A stretch of 62,900 nt of DNA, filler included, from Sphacelaria rigidula (lineage: Eukaryota), in NCBI GenBank assembly GCA_964200075.2. It is 6 parts of 6 records of this genome, joined end to end, with 100 filler letters (N's around TTAATTAATTAA, not from the genome) between each part and the next. Parts side by side here need not be neighbours in the genome. Positions count along the whole stretch, not along the records: positions 1 to 10,401 come from CAXNAA020006563.1; positions 10,502 to 20,902 come from CAXNAA020006564.1; 4 more parts are not named here. One strand, given 5' to 3'. The stretch's first letter is position 1; each line of letters opens with the position of its first letter. This document shows, in pieces, positions 1 through 12,279 of this stretch. Both the position numbers and the translations under genes were made by a program. The notes below the pieces were generated by a model that saw nothing but the letters and a program-made list of their open reading frames with translations, was not told the origin of the DNA and made no database searches.

Positions 1-935
1 GGGGACAAAAAAAAAAAAAAAGCAATGTTCCCGTCACCGCTACTACTGTTCTCTGTCACACACATGCCAGCAAGGGCGGTGCGTTGCGGCAAAAATAACA
101 GATGATTCAGTTCGAACTTGGGGGGTGTTATTCATCGTTGATTTTACCCTGACATATCTGACCATCATGGCGCCCGACCACAAGAGCCTGCCACAGGCCA
201 GTTGGGATGTGTGAGTTTGAGAGATCAAACACTTGTGGAGACCTTTTTCGCATGCGGAGTGAAAAAAGATACCTACGGTGGTGACCTGACTGTTGCTAGC
301 GTGGTGCAGAGGGGTGCGTCAGCTGCAATTTGGAGCTTTCGTTGCTCTACTCTGCTGCCTCCCGTCAGCAGAGCGTCTCCCGAGAGCGGGTTACACACGG
401 TAACATCATGTTGTTATGGGCCCAAATTCGGAACAGTTATGGAAACAAAACAGTTCGGTTTTTCGAATCACATCCACATGATTGAAATGACGCATCTTGT
501 TACCCTAGGGAAAGTGTCCGCTTTGGATCCGTTCAAACGTTCGAAGATACTGTCGAACAGCACTATCAAACTTTGTGGGCATTGGCATCCGCCAATCCGC
601 CAATCAGTACAGTACCGAACACGAATCGACACTTGAACGTTCTTATTAGGAAGCAACGAGCATGAAACTGTTTGCAGGGAGGAAAACGGGGATTTTCATA
701 AACGAAAAACTGTGTGCTCCCCCGTGGCCGTTACATGCACTCCCAAAAACTCTGTCGTCCTCCTTTCATACCTGGCGGGGGAACGGGGAAGCCGCAGTTC
801 CTAGACTGGCGGGTCTGCTCAAACGTGTTGTGGAAGTGGTTCTATCGTACAGGCAGGTTCTGTGAATCTACCTGTACAGGCAGATATACGCTGGCCGCCC
901 GCATCGTGGTCTAAGGGTTAAGCTTTCAAAGCAAT

Positions 936-1245
936 CATACGCGGCCATTTGGCTACCCCCCAAAATGCCTCCGGAGGCATGCGCGGCCCTCCAGAGGTAA
1001 AACAAGCCTCCGGAAGTCTCCAATCCCTCTGCAAGAAACTAAACACTACCGACCTGGAGAGCCGCGCAGCCCTCCGGAGGAATTAGGGGGTGGCGAAATG
1101 ACTTCGGAGCCATGCGCGGCCCTCCATAGGCGATAACAAGCCTCTCGAGAGCCGCGCACCCCTCAGGAGGAGTTTAGTTCCTCGGGAGGCTTGAGAAGTT
1201 GACCGACCTGGAGGGATTTTGGGGATAACCAAATGTCCGGGTGTG
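936..1245. mobile_element. MITE with CAC-type TIRs and 2-bp TSD (CACTA/Mirage-like, non-autonomous)
   Basis: Left end CATACGCGGCCATTTGGCTACCCCC is an imperfect inverted match to right end GGGGATAACCAAATGTCCGGGTGTG. Flanked by AT/AT. Multiple internal CCCTCC(A/G)GAGG subterminal motifs. Confidence 0.65.
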
Positions 1246-1426
1246 ATACCTTATTGATACACACGCCAACTCCTTCATCCGTTCAGCGTCACTGGCGGCA
1301 GTACGCGCGACAAACCCGGTCAAAGCTGGCTTTCGTTGCTCTACTGACCGTTCTCTCTGTCGTGGCGTCTGTACAATCACCTCGTGACAACAACGAAATT
1401 CACAAGTGATGAAAAAATTAATAGAA

Positions 1427-1835
1427 TATTTTCAATGTTGGGGCCCTCGAAGGTCTGTGTCAATATTAAAATCCCCTGGATTGTTCTTGAAGGCACAAGT
1501 GCTATGGATATCTGGAATTTGGACAGCCTCTGCTGTTCGAAATTAATCCTAATTCCAAATTATAAATCGGGCAAAAAAAAATATTTCGAACAGCTTCTGG
1601 TGTACAAATCCCATATACACCCGCAGATGGAATTTGTACACCAGAAGCTGTTCGAAATATTTTTTTTTCGCCCGCCAATACCTGAAATTGGTCAAAAAAA
1701 GAACTTACTTGCGAGCAGCTTCTGCTGTTCAAGTCCCACATACTGCACCGTATCAGTGGATGAGAATCGAGGCACAGCAGAATTTTTTTAAAACTCATCC
1801 TCTCGCCCCCCAGTCATTCATCAATCGGGCAAAGT
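1427..1835. repeat. Dispersed repeat; second, interrupted copy at about 3287-4545
   Basis: TTTTCAATGTTGGGGCCCTCGAAGGTCTGTGTCAATAT... recurs at about 3287. TTGCGAGCAGCTTCTGCTGTTCAAGTCCCACATACTGCACCGTATCAG... recurs at about 4420. The second copy is split by AAC-rich and TACTG-rich inserts. Confidence 0.75.
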
Positions 1836-2742
1836 GCGAAGTGAGAAGGACTTGAACGGTGTGCGCAGCTTTGCCTGCCTGCACTGTCCATGGGTGTGTA
1901 TGCAATAAGGCACCGGTTATTGCCCGCACCCTACCCCACGTATTTCCGGCACCACGCGACTCCGCAACCATTGAAGAAGATGCTCGAGTTTAAACTTCCA
2001 CCAACAAGACATACATGATACCCAACTACTGCAGTGTGTATCTATATCCCTGTGCCCAAATCGTGCTCTTTGCTGCAGGGTTTTTGTAGTGGCATTATAG
2101 CCGTGAATAAGTGTTGTCGGATTTGCAATTTAACCTGTGAACGGCGGGTGAGACATATATATCTGGCGTGATGATCCATACCATAAGATTGCCGGGGTCC
2201 CAAAGGTGCCCTGGGTTAGGACACAAGTGCAAAAGTTGGTATGTACACGCTGGAGTATACTGCACGGCTATATCCTCCGGAGTCGCAACAAGTGCCTTAG
2301 AGGCCCTGGTCGGTCCCTCCTCCAGAGGAATGATGCTCATATTTCCCCCTTCTGTTCATATTTCCCCCTTCTGTTCATATTTCCCTGTAAGGGACGTTCA
2401 CGAAAACCACGTGCTCCAGAGCACCATCTGTTTTATTACTCTCGAGGGATTCAGACCTCAGAAGTCACTGGACCATCAGATGCCCTCCAGAGGATTCGTT
2501 TTTAAGACCGGAACTGACTATTTTTATCCTCCGGAGCGTCACCTTACCCTCGAGAGGATGAAAATCGCGATAGAGGATTTCAAGAGGGTAGCCGAATGGC
2601 CGCGTGTGAGGAGTCTCGAGAGTTGCGGGGAGGGTGGCTTCCCCGCACCTCCACCAGGTATTAAATACACGATGATAGAGTTTTTGCCAGCTCATGTAAC
2701 ACTGCGACGGATTTACAGAGAGCTTTTCCTGGTGAAAATCCG

Positions 2743-3143
2743 CACATGCGGCCATTCGGCTACCCCCAAAAATGCTCTGTTCCGGTCAACTTTTTGAACC
2801 TCCAGAGGAATTAAACGCGTCTAGAGGGTGAGCGGCCCTCCAGAGGGGTGGGATCGAACGCCTCCAGAGGCTTGTTTGGCCTCTGGAGGGCCGCGCACCC
2901 TCTGGAGGAACTTGGAGGGTGCGCAGCCCGCCAGAGCACCATCTTTTTTGTTACTCTCGAGGGATTCAGACCTCAGAAGTCACTGGAGCATCAGATGCCC
3001 TCCAGAGGATTCGGTTTATGACCGGAACTGAGTATGAAATACCCCCTAGAGGGTGTCTTCATCCTCTGGAGGGTCACTTTACCCTCGAGAGGATGAAAAT
3101 CGCGATAGAGGATGTTTTTGGATTTGCCGAATGGCCGCGTGTG
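2743..3143. mobile_element. MITE, same CAC/2-bp-TSD family as 936-1245; a further partial copy ends at 2608
   Basis: TIRs CACATGCGGCCATTCGGCTACCCCCAAAA / TTTTTGGATTTGCCGAATGGCCGCGTGTG, flanked by CG/CG. Internal 2930-3143 is similar to 2415-2608. Confidence 0.65.
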
Positions 3144-4835
3144 CGCCTTTGTCTGAAAATCAGAATTTTTCCACGTAGACACGGCCGTTCCGCTATCTTG
3201 TAGAGGAATTCCCAAACGCCATCCTCGATTCCGTCCGTTTTGAAATACCCCTAGAGGACTTTGGATATTCGTGATGCTCGAGAAGATTTTCAATGTTGGG
3301 GCCCTCGAAGGTCTGTGTCAATATCATTTTTGAGGGCACAAGTGCTGTGGAAATCTGGGATTTGGACAGCCTGTGCTGTTCGAAATTAATCCTAATTCCA
3401 AATTTGGAATCGGGCAAAAATGATTTATTTCGAACAACACAGGCTGTACAAACCCCATTGATTAATTGCTTGATTGATTATCTCACATTAGCTGATTGCA
3501 AAGACCCAGCTCGTGGTCAGGAGCAGCAAAAAAATCAGAAAAATAAAATAAAAAAGGAAAGAAACAGAAAAAGACAGAAGCAACGGCCACAGAGAGGAAA
3601 GAAGAATGGAAGCAGCACTAACAACAATAACAACACCACCGCCACCACCACCAACAAACAACAATAAGAGCAATAAAAACAATAACAATAATGACAACAA
3701 TAACAAACACACATAAACCTCAATACAACCAACACAACAAGATGATTATCTCGCATTACGTTCATATACACTCGCAGATGGAATTGGTACACCAGAAGCT
3801 GTTCGAAAAAAATAACCACACCTGACTGTATCCTTATCCCGTGAGAAATCGTATCGTCTTGCACCACCGTTATGGGTGCATGTGGAAAAATCATCGCAAT
3901 GCGGCCAAGATCTGCTGTTTGAAAGTGCTGCGTACCGTACTGTCTGTACTACTGTCTGTACTACTGTTCGTACCAGTGACTCTGTACCGTATCGCTGTAC
4001 AGTATATTGTAATAGTTCACAGCATCGCAGTGCACTGTTGTAGGGTTCTATATTGCACTCTCTGTACTGCACTGTAATCCACACTGCACAGAACTACATA
4101 CAACACTACAACACTACAGTGTCCTGTAGTGTGCCGTAGTCGATTGAAGTACTGCAAGAGCTTAGTGTATGGTGCGTACGGTGCCGCAGTGTACGGTACA
4201 CTTAGTGTTGTGTCGGCCTATGCACTTTCGAAGTGGACGCTGGTCGATCGTACATTTGGCGGGACAACCTGCGGCCAATCACCGCGTCAAAAAAAATCAT
4301 TTCAAGCCACGTCATATCAGCTTCCGCTATGAACTTTTCAACTTCCACTGTAAAGTTTCGAAGCATCCACTCTGCACTCTGACTCTATGATGAAAAACAC
4401 ATCTTCCAAAACTTTCTATTTGCGAGCAGCTTCTGCTGTTCAAGTCCCACATACTGCACCGTATCAGCGGATGAGATTCTGGAGGTAGCAGAAATTGTTG
4501 AAGACTCATCCTCTTGCCCCCAATTCATGTATCAATTGGGCAAAAAGGTACTATCCTTCAACAGCCTCGGCTGGTAACAAACCCCATACAACAACGTTTC
4601 CGTGAGATTGAGAGTGGAGGCATAAACATGTTGTCTGGAGTCTACAGAGGATACGAGCGAGAGTGAAAATCGATCAATTAGTCGATGAATTGTTTCGGTT
4701 CCGAAATACCCATCCGCTAGGCCCGATATGCTTCCTGTAGTAGCTTGCCACTGAGGCCCTTAATATCCCCAAGTAGGATATCGACGTCTAGCTGCAAGCA
4801 CCCGCCAGTGATGGAGTGGTGTACTGCTGGCCGAA

Positions 4836-6053
4836 ATGGATGAGGTGCAGGAATATGTCATCGTCGATGGTCGTGTTGTTCCTGTCCTGGTGCTGAAGAT
4901 GCCGTACTACGGCCGCAAGTTTTCGAGCCGGAAATCGGCCGAGTTTTTACGCAAATACGAGCAATACTTGTACTTGCGAGATGCAGATCAGGTGAACGCG
5001 CGGTGCACAAACCTCTTTGAGGTGGAAGCAGTTTCTGAGCTCATGCCGAAACATATTGCGAAATGTCTGTGTGACACGTTCTTGAAACATAATAATGATG
5101 TTGAGGACGAGCAGTTGCTTTTCGCGTTGCGCAAGCATGCGCCATCCGGTGGGGCGCATTGCTCTGTGGAAGCCGAGAAGCATGTGTCTGTCCGAGGGGA
5201 CAGGCACGACAATGCACCCGACGAACGTGCATTAGGTGCTGCGCGTTTGAAATAACGATACAGGGCAGCTTCTTGCACTGTGACAACCGAGAAGCATGTG
5301 TCTGCTCGAGGGGACAGGCACGACAGTGCTCCCGCCGAATGTGCAATAGGTGCTGCGCGTTTGAAACAACGACATAGGGCAGATGCTTGCACTGTGAAAG
5401 CCGAGAAGCATGTGTCTGCTCGAGGGGATACGCGCGATAGTGCACCCGATGAACGTGCAGTCGGTAGGGCGCGTCTTACACCACGATACAGGGCAGCTGT
5501 TTCCACTGTGCAGAGCGGGAAGGAGACATAGCACGTGTCTGCCATAGCGGGGAGGCATGAGAACGCGCCCGCCGATAGTACCACGGTAAGCATTGGTTTG
5601 GATGCTGCTGGTAGTGCTGCTGGAGAGGGCGAATATGTCACGCCCCTCGAGCAGACTGCAGGTCGCTCAGCTGCCGCTTCTGCCGTTCATGAGTGTGCTG
5701 AGCAGGAGGTGATGGCTGAAGCGGGGATACTTGATCCAGCCGCTGCTGCCGCTGCTGTTGGAAGCGCGAAGCCAATTTTCTCCGATGAGCTAGCGCTGAG
5801 CGGCAAAGGTCCAGGTTGCTTGTGGCCGCCGGACCAGAGCGTGATTGGGGACACACCTTGCATGCTCACCGGTGCAAGGGGGTGTCATCTTCGTGATGAG
5901 AGTGAGCAGAATAAGCTTGGGGCTGCGATGCTCAGATTGAATCTATCTGCTCCCGTGACATGGCGGGAGATCGTTCAGATGATTCGCAGGGGTGTCTGCT
6001 TGAAGGATAGGTGGATGCCGGGTTGGCGGAATTGCCGCCGGAGCAGCGCGTAG
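4836..6053 (+). pseudogene. Gypsy gag-like N-terminal domain fused in frame to 38-aa tandem repeats; two in-frame stops
   Basis: ORFs 4836, 5280 and 5535 share one frame. KMPYYGRKFS...KYEQY...VSELMPKHIAKCL...DEQLLFALRKHA aligns by eye with the gag at 8796 (KAPEYQGHFS...KYRDY...VTELMPKHIRTCL...DEHLKEALGRDA). Confidence 0.6.
5161..5580 (+). repeat. Tandem repeat, 114-bp unit, about 3.6 copies
   Basis: Units start at 5161, 5275, 5389 and 5503 (GCACTGTG..GCCGAGAAGCATGTGTCTGCTCGAGGGGA...). The unit length is a multiple of 3. Confidence 0.9.
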
Positions 6054-8147
6054 ATGTGGACACGCCTTACATGATCGAAACAGCAGCGGCGTGTAACCCG
6101 CGTGAAGCGGGTACGCAGCGCGAGCTGCAAGCTCGTGATGCAGTTAGCGATCACCATTCTGACGGCGACGATGAGCGTCGCGTGGTGTTGGGGTGGTTGT
6201 GTGCACTGCTGTTTACATGGACAGCTTTGTCATATTTGGCGGCGATGGCGGAGCTGTCTCCACTGTTTCGCCGTGGGGTGTTTGACGAGGATCGTGTGCC
6301 ATCAGGAGGTGTTGCTGTTGCCATAGGGTGCAAGGAGGGAGTGTCCGAGAAGAAAGACTGCTCTACGCTGTGGACTGGGTTGTGGTTCGAGTGCTGCTGT
6401 TTCTCAGGAGTGGGCTGGAGGACTACACGGAAGGTATTACCTGAGGCGTTTGCTGTTGTGGTGAGCGCCGAGTTGGGTACTGATGTTGAGGAGCAAGTGC
6501 TGTGGTGATTGAGTGCTTGTTGAGAATGAGGAAACACAGTATGACTGGTATTCGCGAATCGTTTTGAGAATGGTTACAGCTTGTTATTGTATAGTTTGTG
6601 ATCATGCTTGCGCATGAAACATGGTTGTTGAGCGAGTATGATCGTATCGCGTATGCAGGGCAACACTCTGGCGTACACGTGGGTATTTGGCATGTGTGTG
6701 TTGTGTTGATCTGGTTGGCACGGACGATGCATCGTGTTTGCTGCGAGGAAGGTGGCATTGCATTTGCTGAATGGAATTTTGGCAGGCATGTGCGATTTTT
6801 TGCTCGAATGGGACTGATATGAATGGTATCTGGTGACGACCTAGGATGGGGGAGTTTCCAGTATACTGCTGTATGCTAAATGAAGAGAAGCTCGTATTAT
6901 CTTTTTCGCGCAGGAACACAGTCGAATAATATTTTTGCGATTTGCACGAACTGACTGCAGGATATATGGATTGCTGCTGTTGGCTTGAAAATGAGCTAAA
7001 AACTACGAAATGTGTAGGCTCGTACCGACTGCAGGAGACGGTGACATCTGCTGTTAGCGTAAAAATTAGCTGAAAGGTACGAAATGCGTAGGCTCGTCGT
7101 ATGTGAGCAGGTATGACACGCTTGCTTCCGGTGGTTGAAAATACAGACATTATGCGCGCATGCATCAATAATCTTTGACCGTGGCACGTGTTTGTATGGA
7201 TTGTCACGTGTTTGAACGAGCACGTGGTTGGTTTTTCGTTCATGTCAGAAGGAGTATGTGGATAATGCGTCTATTTGTTCCAAGCACTGGTGCAGGTGGA
7301 CTGCAAGAGTGTCAAGGAATTCATTATTTCTACATTTTGGCTGATGCACGGATGGGATATGATGGTCCTGATCCAAACGAGATACAGATTTGCCTGGGAT
7401 TTGCTCGAACACAAGAGTTCAAGAACGGGCTCACGAGGGGTGATCAATGATGGCGGAGGTCGAGGTCCGTTCGCCATCGTTGGATTAGTATGCATGAATA
7501 GCGGTTTGAGTCATGGCTTTCCTTTGATTGTCTGAATGAAATGATGGCAAGTTGACGCATCGAAACTTTGACGGCGGGGAGTCATGCGATGCATACATTT
7601 TTACGGTGTTGCAGAAGCAAGAGGCCAGGTGCGTTTTAGACGTGTCGGGTGCATCTTTTCCTTTAGCGTGAGGGTGATGTATCATTTGGCTGTTGCACTC
7701 CGTCGCGCAGGTGTTGAACGTACAAAAAGTGCATTTTGTATGTTGAAAAGCATCTTGTCTCAGATGAGAGGGACGATGAGTCACGGATCTTCTGGAATTT
7801 GACGTTCGCTGATATATCCGGTTTCCTGCCGATGAATAGTCAAGATACTTGTTTTGGGCGAAGATTTGAGAACTTGGCGCCACTTATCGCTTTGTAACTG
7901 GAAGTGGTGCAAGTAGCGTGATTGCATGTTCATGATGAACGATATTTTCTGGGGATCTCTCGCGAGTTGTTCGGAAATAGGGTAAGCTTGTATGGAGCTG
8001 TTGTCGAAAGCAGCGGAAGAGATTGCTATTCTTCGCGGAAAACGAAGGTACTATCAGGCACCAATGATGTTTGAGTTTGTCAAGCTCTGATGTAACTACT
8101 TGTTGGTAGTAGAGAGCTTTGCGGGTGCTGTAGACTCTAGCCACCAT

Positions 8148-8645
8148 TGTTACCTAAGGTTAGGGACATTGTGTAGGTGGAGTTGCGGGTCTAATTGCCG
8201 GTTTTGCTACTCTGGTGGGGAGAGGCTATGGTCCTGTTCTCCTGTACTATGCTGAGAGTTAATATATGAATAACTAAAGCTGCTGAAGTCCATGTGCCCG
8301 TGATGGGAGGAGTCCACATGGCAATTTGATCTTGAGTGACAGAAGTCTACATTGCCTTGATTCGGTACATGACTACAGTGGAGAAAATGCATAGCACTCG
8401 TTGATAGGCTGGTTGACAGATAACGGGTCTGAGAGTATGATCGGTGGGGCCGTGATATATGACGTTTGCATACGAGGTGCGCAGGTCACTTCCTATAACG
8501 AAGACTGTGTTTTTGAACAAGAATTGTCTTGAAGTCTCCAAGCCCTAGTGAGGATAGCCCTTGAAGCAGTCTTGTGACCTTGTTCTGAGTCCAGGAGGCG
8601 TCAATAATAAACGTTTATTCAGGGAATCCGCTGGTTTCTGGAACA
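8148..8645 (+). repeat. Possible 5' LTR of the downstream Gypsy remnant
   Basis: TGTT...AACA ends, AATAAA near 8606, about 150 bp upstream of gag. No second copy and no clean PBS, so the boundaries are tentative. Confidence 0.25.
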
Positions 8646-8795
8646 GTTTTTTTCAGCTGCGGACAGTTTCTGCAAAAACATTTTTGTATTGTACACAGAC
8701 AGGTGTGCAGTCTATTACGCGAGGCAGCTCGTTGCAGCGCGTTGCACAGAGGGACGGCTACGGTGGCTGGAAGCATCGCGTGCAGCTAAGGAAGA

Positions 8796-10330
8796 ATGGC
8801 AGCGCGCAGGAAAGGAGCTGGGAGCGATGCTGGCGATGAGGTGACATTTAAATTTACTGAGTTTGTGCCAGGTGGATCGCTAAAAGCACCGGAGTACCAA
8901 GGGCATTTCAGCGAAGATGCCTCTAGACAGATTTTTCAAAAATATAGGGATTACGAAGAAAGCGTACTACTCAGCAATAAGGGGCGGACAGTACAGGCCA
9001 GTTTATTGACCGTGACAGAACTCATGCCCAAGCACATTCGCACGTGCTTATCACGTACAATATTTGACGGATCGATACTCGATGATGAACATCTAAAGGA
9101 GGCACTAGGCCGAGATGCAAAATGTTGGATGGATATAGAGATCGATACTTCAGTTGCTGCAGCGGGTGTGCGGAAGGCGCTGGCCGGTCGCATCGAGCCG
9201 ACTGCCATGGGTAGAATCGAGGGACAGTGGGGTGCCCTCGATGAGTTTTTCGCCGAAAACACGAGCATCGAGCGCGCGTTCCGCGAGGACGAGACTTTCA
9301 AAGCAGGACCCGCTCGAATAATTACGCGGGAATTACTCGCCGGCATGTCCCCCCCTGAATTCAAGACAAAAGTGCTCAACATGCTTCACATGAAGGGGGG
9401 GTGGAAAGAGGACCCTGGGCTCGTGTATGATACCGCTCGGGAAGCAGCAGAGGCATAGAAGAAGGTAGAAGCGGTGGATAAACAGCGCCGTCTCTAGCTG
9501 CAGCTGAAACAGAAGAGCGGCAGCGGGACCTCGGGGTCAAAGCGCAATCTGAATGGAGAAAAAACGGTGAGCACTGGCAGTGAGACTGCTAGTTCCGACA
9601 AATCTCGGAAACCGGGTCCAAGATATGTAGGCTGTTCTCAGGTGGAGACAAGGGCCACTTCGTGAAGGATTGTAAGCAGCAAAACCAAGCTGCTGCTCCA
9701 GAACATACTTCAGGTGGGCAGTTGAAGGCCGGCGACACGCAGCAACAACAGCAGCAGCTATCGCAGGGCCCTGGACAGGTGCCTCGAGGAGGGGGCAAGA
9801 GTCCTACCGCTACAAGGGCTGTATTTTCAACCGATGGAGGGGGTGCTCCCAGCAGTGGAGCGATGCTACCACCAGAACCGGTCGTTTCTACTGGTGGCGT
9901 ACAGCATATCGTATCGGGGGAAACAGGGGAAACAGTCCCGCGCTGGACATCTGAGGCGATATCGCGGTGGAGATCGCTGAAACCGGGTGAGTAATCAGGT
10001 TTTCAATCTGCGGGTATACGCGTAAAAAAAGAGGAAAGATGGTGTCTTGCCGACTTGTCTGTACCGAGTGTAGGGTACAGAGTATTTGTCCGATCAAGGC
10101 CATTTTAGACTCGGGATCTGGGATAAAGACCATTTCAGTGGGTGTACCGGTGAAATTACAAGCTATGGTTCCAGATCTTCGAGCGGTTACACCGATGGTT
10201 GGTGAACAGCTGGTGACTCTGGCTAACGACAATGTTGAGCGCGTCAAGCAGAAAACTTGCCCGCTTTACACACCAGCTGGGGACCGTTTGTGCTAGAAGC
10301 ATGTTGAAATGCTGTCATGCCGGGGACAAA
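8796..10330 (+). pseudogene. Ty3/Gypsy gag-protease remnant
   Basis: 220-aa gag-like ORF, then a decayed zinc knuckle (GDKGHFVKDC, about 9640-9675), then the aspartic protease motif IKAILDSGSG (about 10095-10125). Stops and frameshifts throughout. Confidence 0.75.
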
Positions 10331-10401
10331 TGGAGTGATGCTACGGTAGGGGTACAGAAATAATTTCTGAGGTTAGAATTGTTAGGAGCCCCTTATCTCA
10401 T

Positions 10402-10501
10402 NNNNNNNNNNNNNNNNNNNNNNNNNNNNNNNNNNNNNNNNNNNNTTAATTAATTAANNNNNNNNNNNNNNNNNNNNNNNNNNNNNNNNNNNNNNNNNNN
10501 N
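10402..10501. other. Artificial contig spacer
   Basis: N44-TTAATTAATTAA-N44, which puts stops in all six frames. Confidence 0.99.
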
Positions 10502-10839
10502 ACGACCAGGTGCGGAGTATCTTCCCGTGGTGTTTTGGAGTGGGCAGTGCAGAGTTTGACACGCCTCACCTTGTTCAGTTCTCACCATCCCCACAACAAT
10601 TGGGCTTTGGTTTTCGGCAAGAATACTAGGTGCTAATAAAAGACTGATGAAACTCTACACGACGCAAGTTTTGGCTACTCTCCCCAGCAATGACACTCTT
10701 CCACGAAGAGATATCCCCTGCTACCACCTCAGCAGCTCTCCTGAGCTCCGAGTATTAGTCCCACAACAGCAGCACAGACACAAGAATCTACACGCGAGAA
10801 GAAGGAACCTCCGTGTCTCAAGAGTAAAGTTCAGGTTCA
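10502..10839 (+). repeat. 3' part of the LTR
   Basis: Ends GGTTCA, the inverse of the TGAAC start at 20386. Contains AATAAA at about 10635. The PBS follows 3 nt later. Confidence 0.8.
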
Positions 10840-10842
10840 GAG

Positions 10843-10858
10843 TGGCGTCGAGGACTGG
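10843..10858 (+). promoter_or_regulatory. Primer binding site; tRNA identity unconfirmed, possibly Ser
   Basis: TGGCGTCGAGGACTGG begins with TGG (complement of the tRNA CCA end) just after the LTR terminal CA. Confidence 0.65.
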
Positions 10859-12279
10859 CTTACTGTGCTTCTGCTTGGGGAGTTCGACTGTCTGCTCGGT
10901 GCGCTGTGGTCACGTCATGTGCGAAGGGTTCTCGTTGTCAGGGTGGGGGAAAAGGTCCAGTTACGCGGTCCCGGCGGTCTGCTACGACCCCGCGTCTAGC
11001 CGTGCCTCCGAGTCCGGTTGCGGTGCACGCGGCGCGTGCTGCGAGTAGTGAGTCTGGTTCTGATTCATCTATTCGTAGTGCCCGTGCTGTTCGTTCTCCG
11101 GCTCGTTCAGAACTTCGGTTCCTCGAGGGTAATATCTTACCTGCGCATGCTAGTGAGCACGCCCCTCCGTCGCCGGAGGGGACGGCGGGGGCGGCGCCGT
11201 CCCCGCTAGGTGAGGGTGGGGTTGGTACGGTTAAAGAGGGTTAGGGTAAACAGGGTAAAGTTAACGTGGGTACGGTTACGGTTGGTAAGGGTGAGAGGAG
11301 GGCGGCTCCGGCCCCTGATTCCCTGGTGAAAGGTCTCGACGCTCGAGGCGGGTTTTCGCATTCCGGGCCTCGAGGGCCGGGTAATTCGATGATTGATATC
11401 GCAGATCGATGCGGAGGGAAGTCCCACACGCTCGGGTAGTTGCGGTCATACGGCAGCGGTTCCGCCGCCGGAGGTAGATCGTGGTGCGTTGATGGTCGCA
11501 AGTGGTCGCGTTGGGGGTTGTGTCGGGGGTTCTGGCGTGCCTCTTGCACTGTGTGTATCGGTTGCGGAGGGTGGTTGTGCGGAGTCGTCTGCCTCCCTCA
11601 GCGCGCCTATTGGTGCCCGTCGTGCCGTTCGTGTTCAACAAGTGACATACACTATGGACCAGTCCGTGGACCTAACGGAGAGCGCTGCTCCCGCTGCGGA
11701 GGAAGTGGCCGCGGCAGAGCCTGCGTCGCCGCGGGGCTGAAGTGTAATGGGTGACGACGACCGCCGGTCGCTCTCTCCACCGCCTCCGTTGACGGTTCAA
11801 GAACAGGAAGTAAGGTTGGGATTGGTGTCGGAGGCACGTGAGTTTCTGGCCCAATTGATCCTAGAAAAACGTTGGTTGATGGAGGGTAATGCGTCGGCGG
11901 CGAATGAATTGTTCGCGCGACGTTTGCAAGCGGAAGAGGGCCGTGTTGGTCGTACGGAGGGTTCTCAGTCGAAAATGGGTCCTCTGCCGGTAGGGAGAGT
12001 TCCTGCTAGCGGTTCCCGCTCGCCGGGGGTGAACACGCCTGGGATACGTGACGAAGGTTGGACGCGGGTGTCGGGTTCCCGTTCGTATGCGGAGTTGTCA
12101 CGTGCTTCCCGTCCGGCGGTGTCGGGGGGTCGTTTTGATGTGTTACGAGACTCGACCCCGGACGATTTGTCTCGTGCCCCACAGGAGGCCATGGCCGGCA
12201 TTGGCCGGGCGGCTGAGGCTGCAGTTTCTCCGAAGGCGGGTGAGACAGTGCCCTCGACTGGGAAGATGCGGCCGGAATT

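Noticed and set aside
413-424. Copia-type half-tRNA-iMet PBS (GTTATGGGCCCA)
   Set aside because: It does not directly follow an LTR end and no gag follows.
1384-4509. Many 60-200 aa ORFs as genes
   Set aside because: They lie in MITEs, dispersed repeats and microsatellites, with no recognisable domains or consistent splice structure.
5161-5580. CRISPR-like array (also considered 40867-41048 and 53495-54005)
   Set aside because: Whole units are similar with no unique spacers, there are no cas genes, and the context is eukaryotic.
10446-10457. TTAATTAATTAA palindrome recurring every 10.5 kb as a biological periodic signal
   Set aside because: It is always embedded in N runs and is a synthetic six-frame stop linker.
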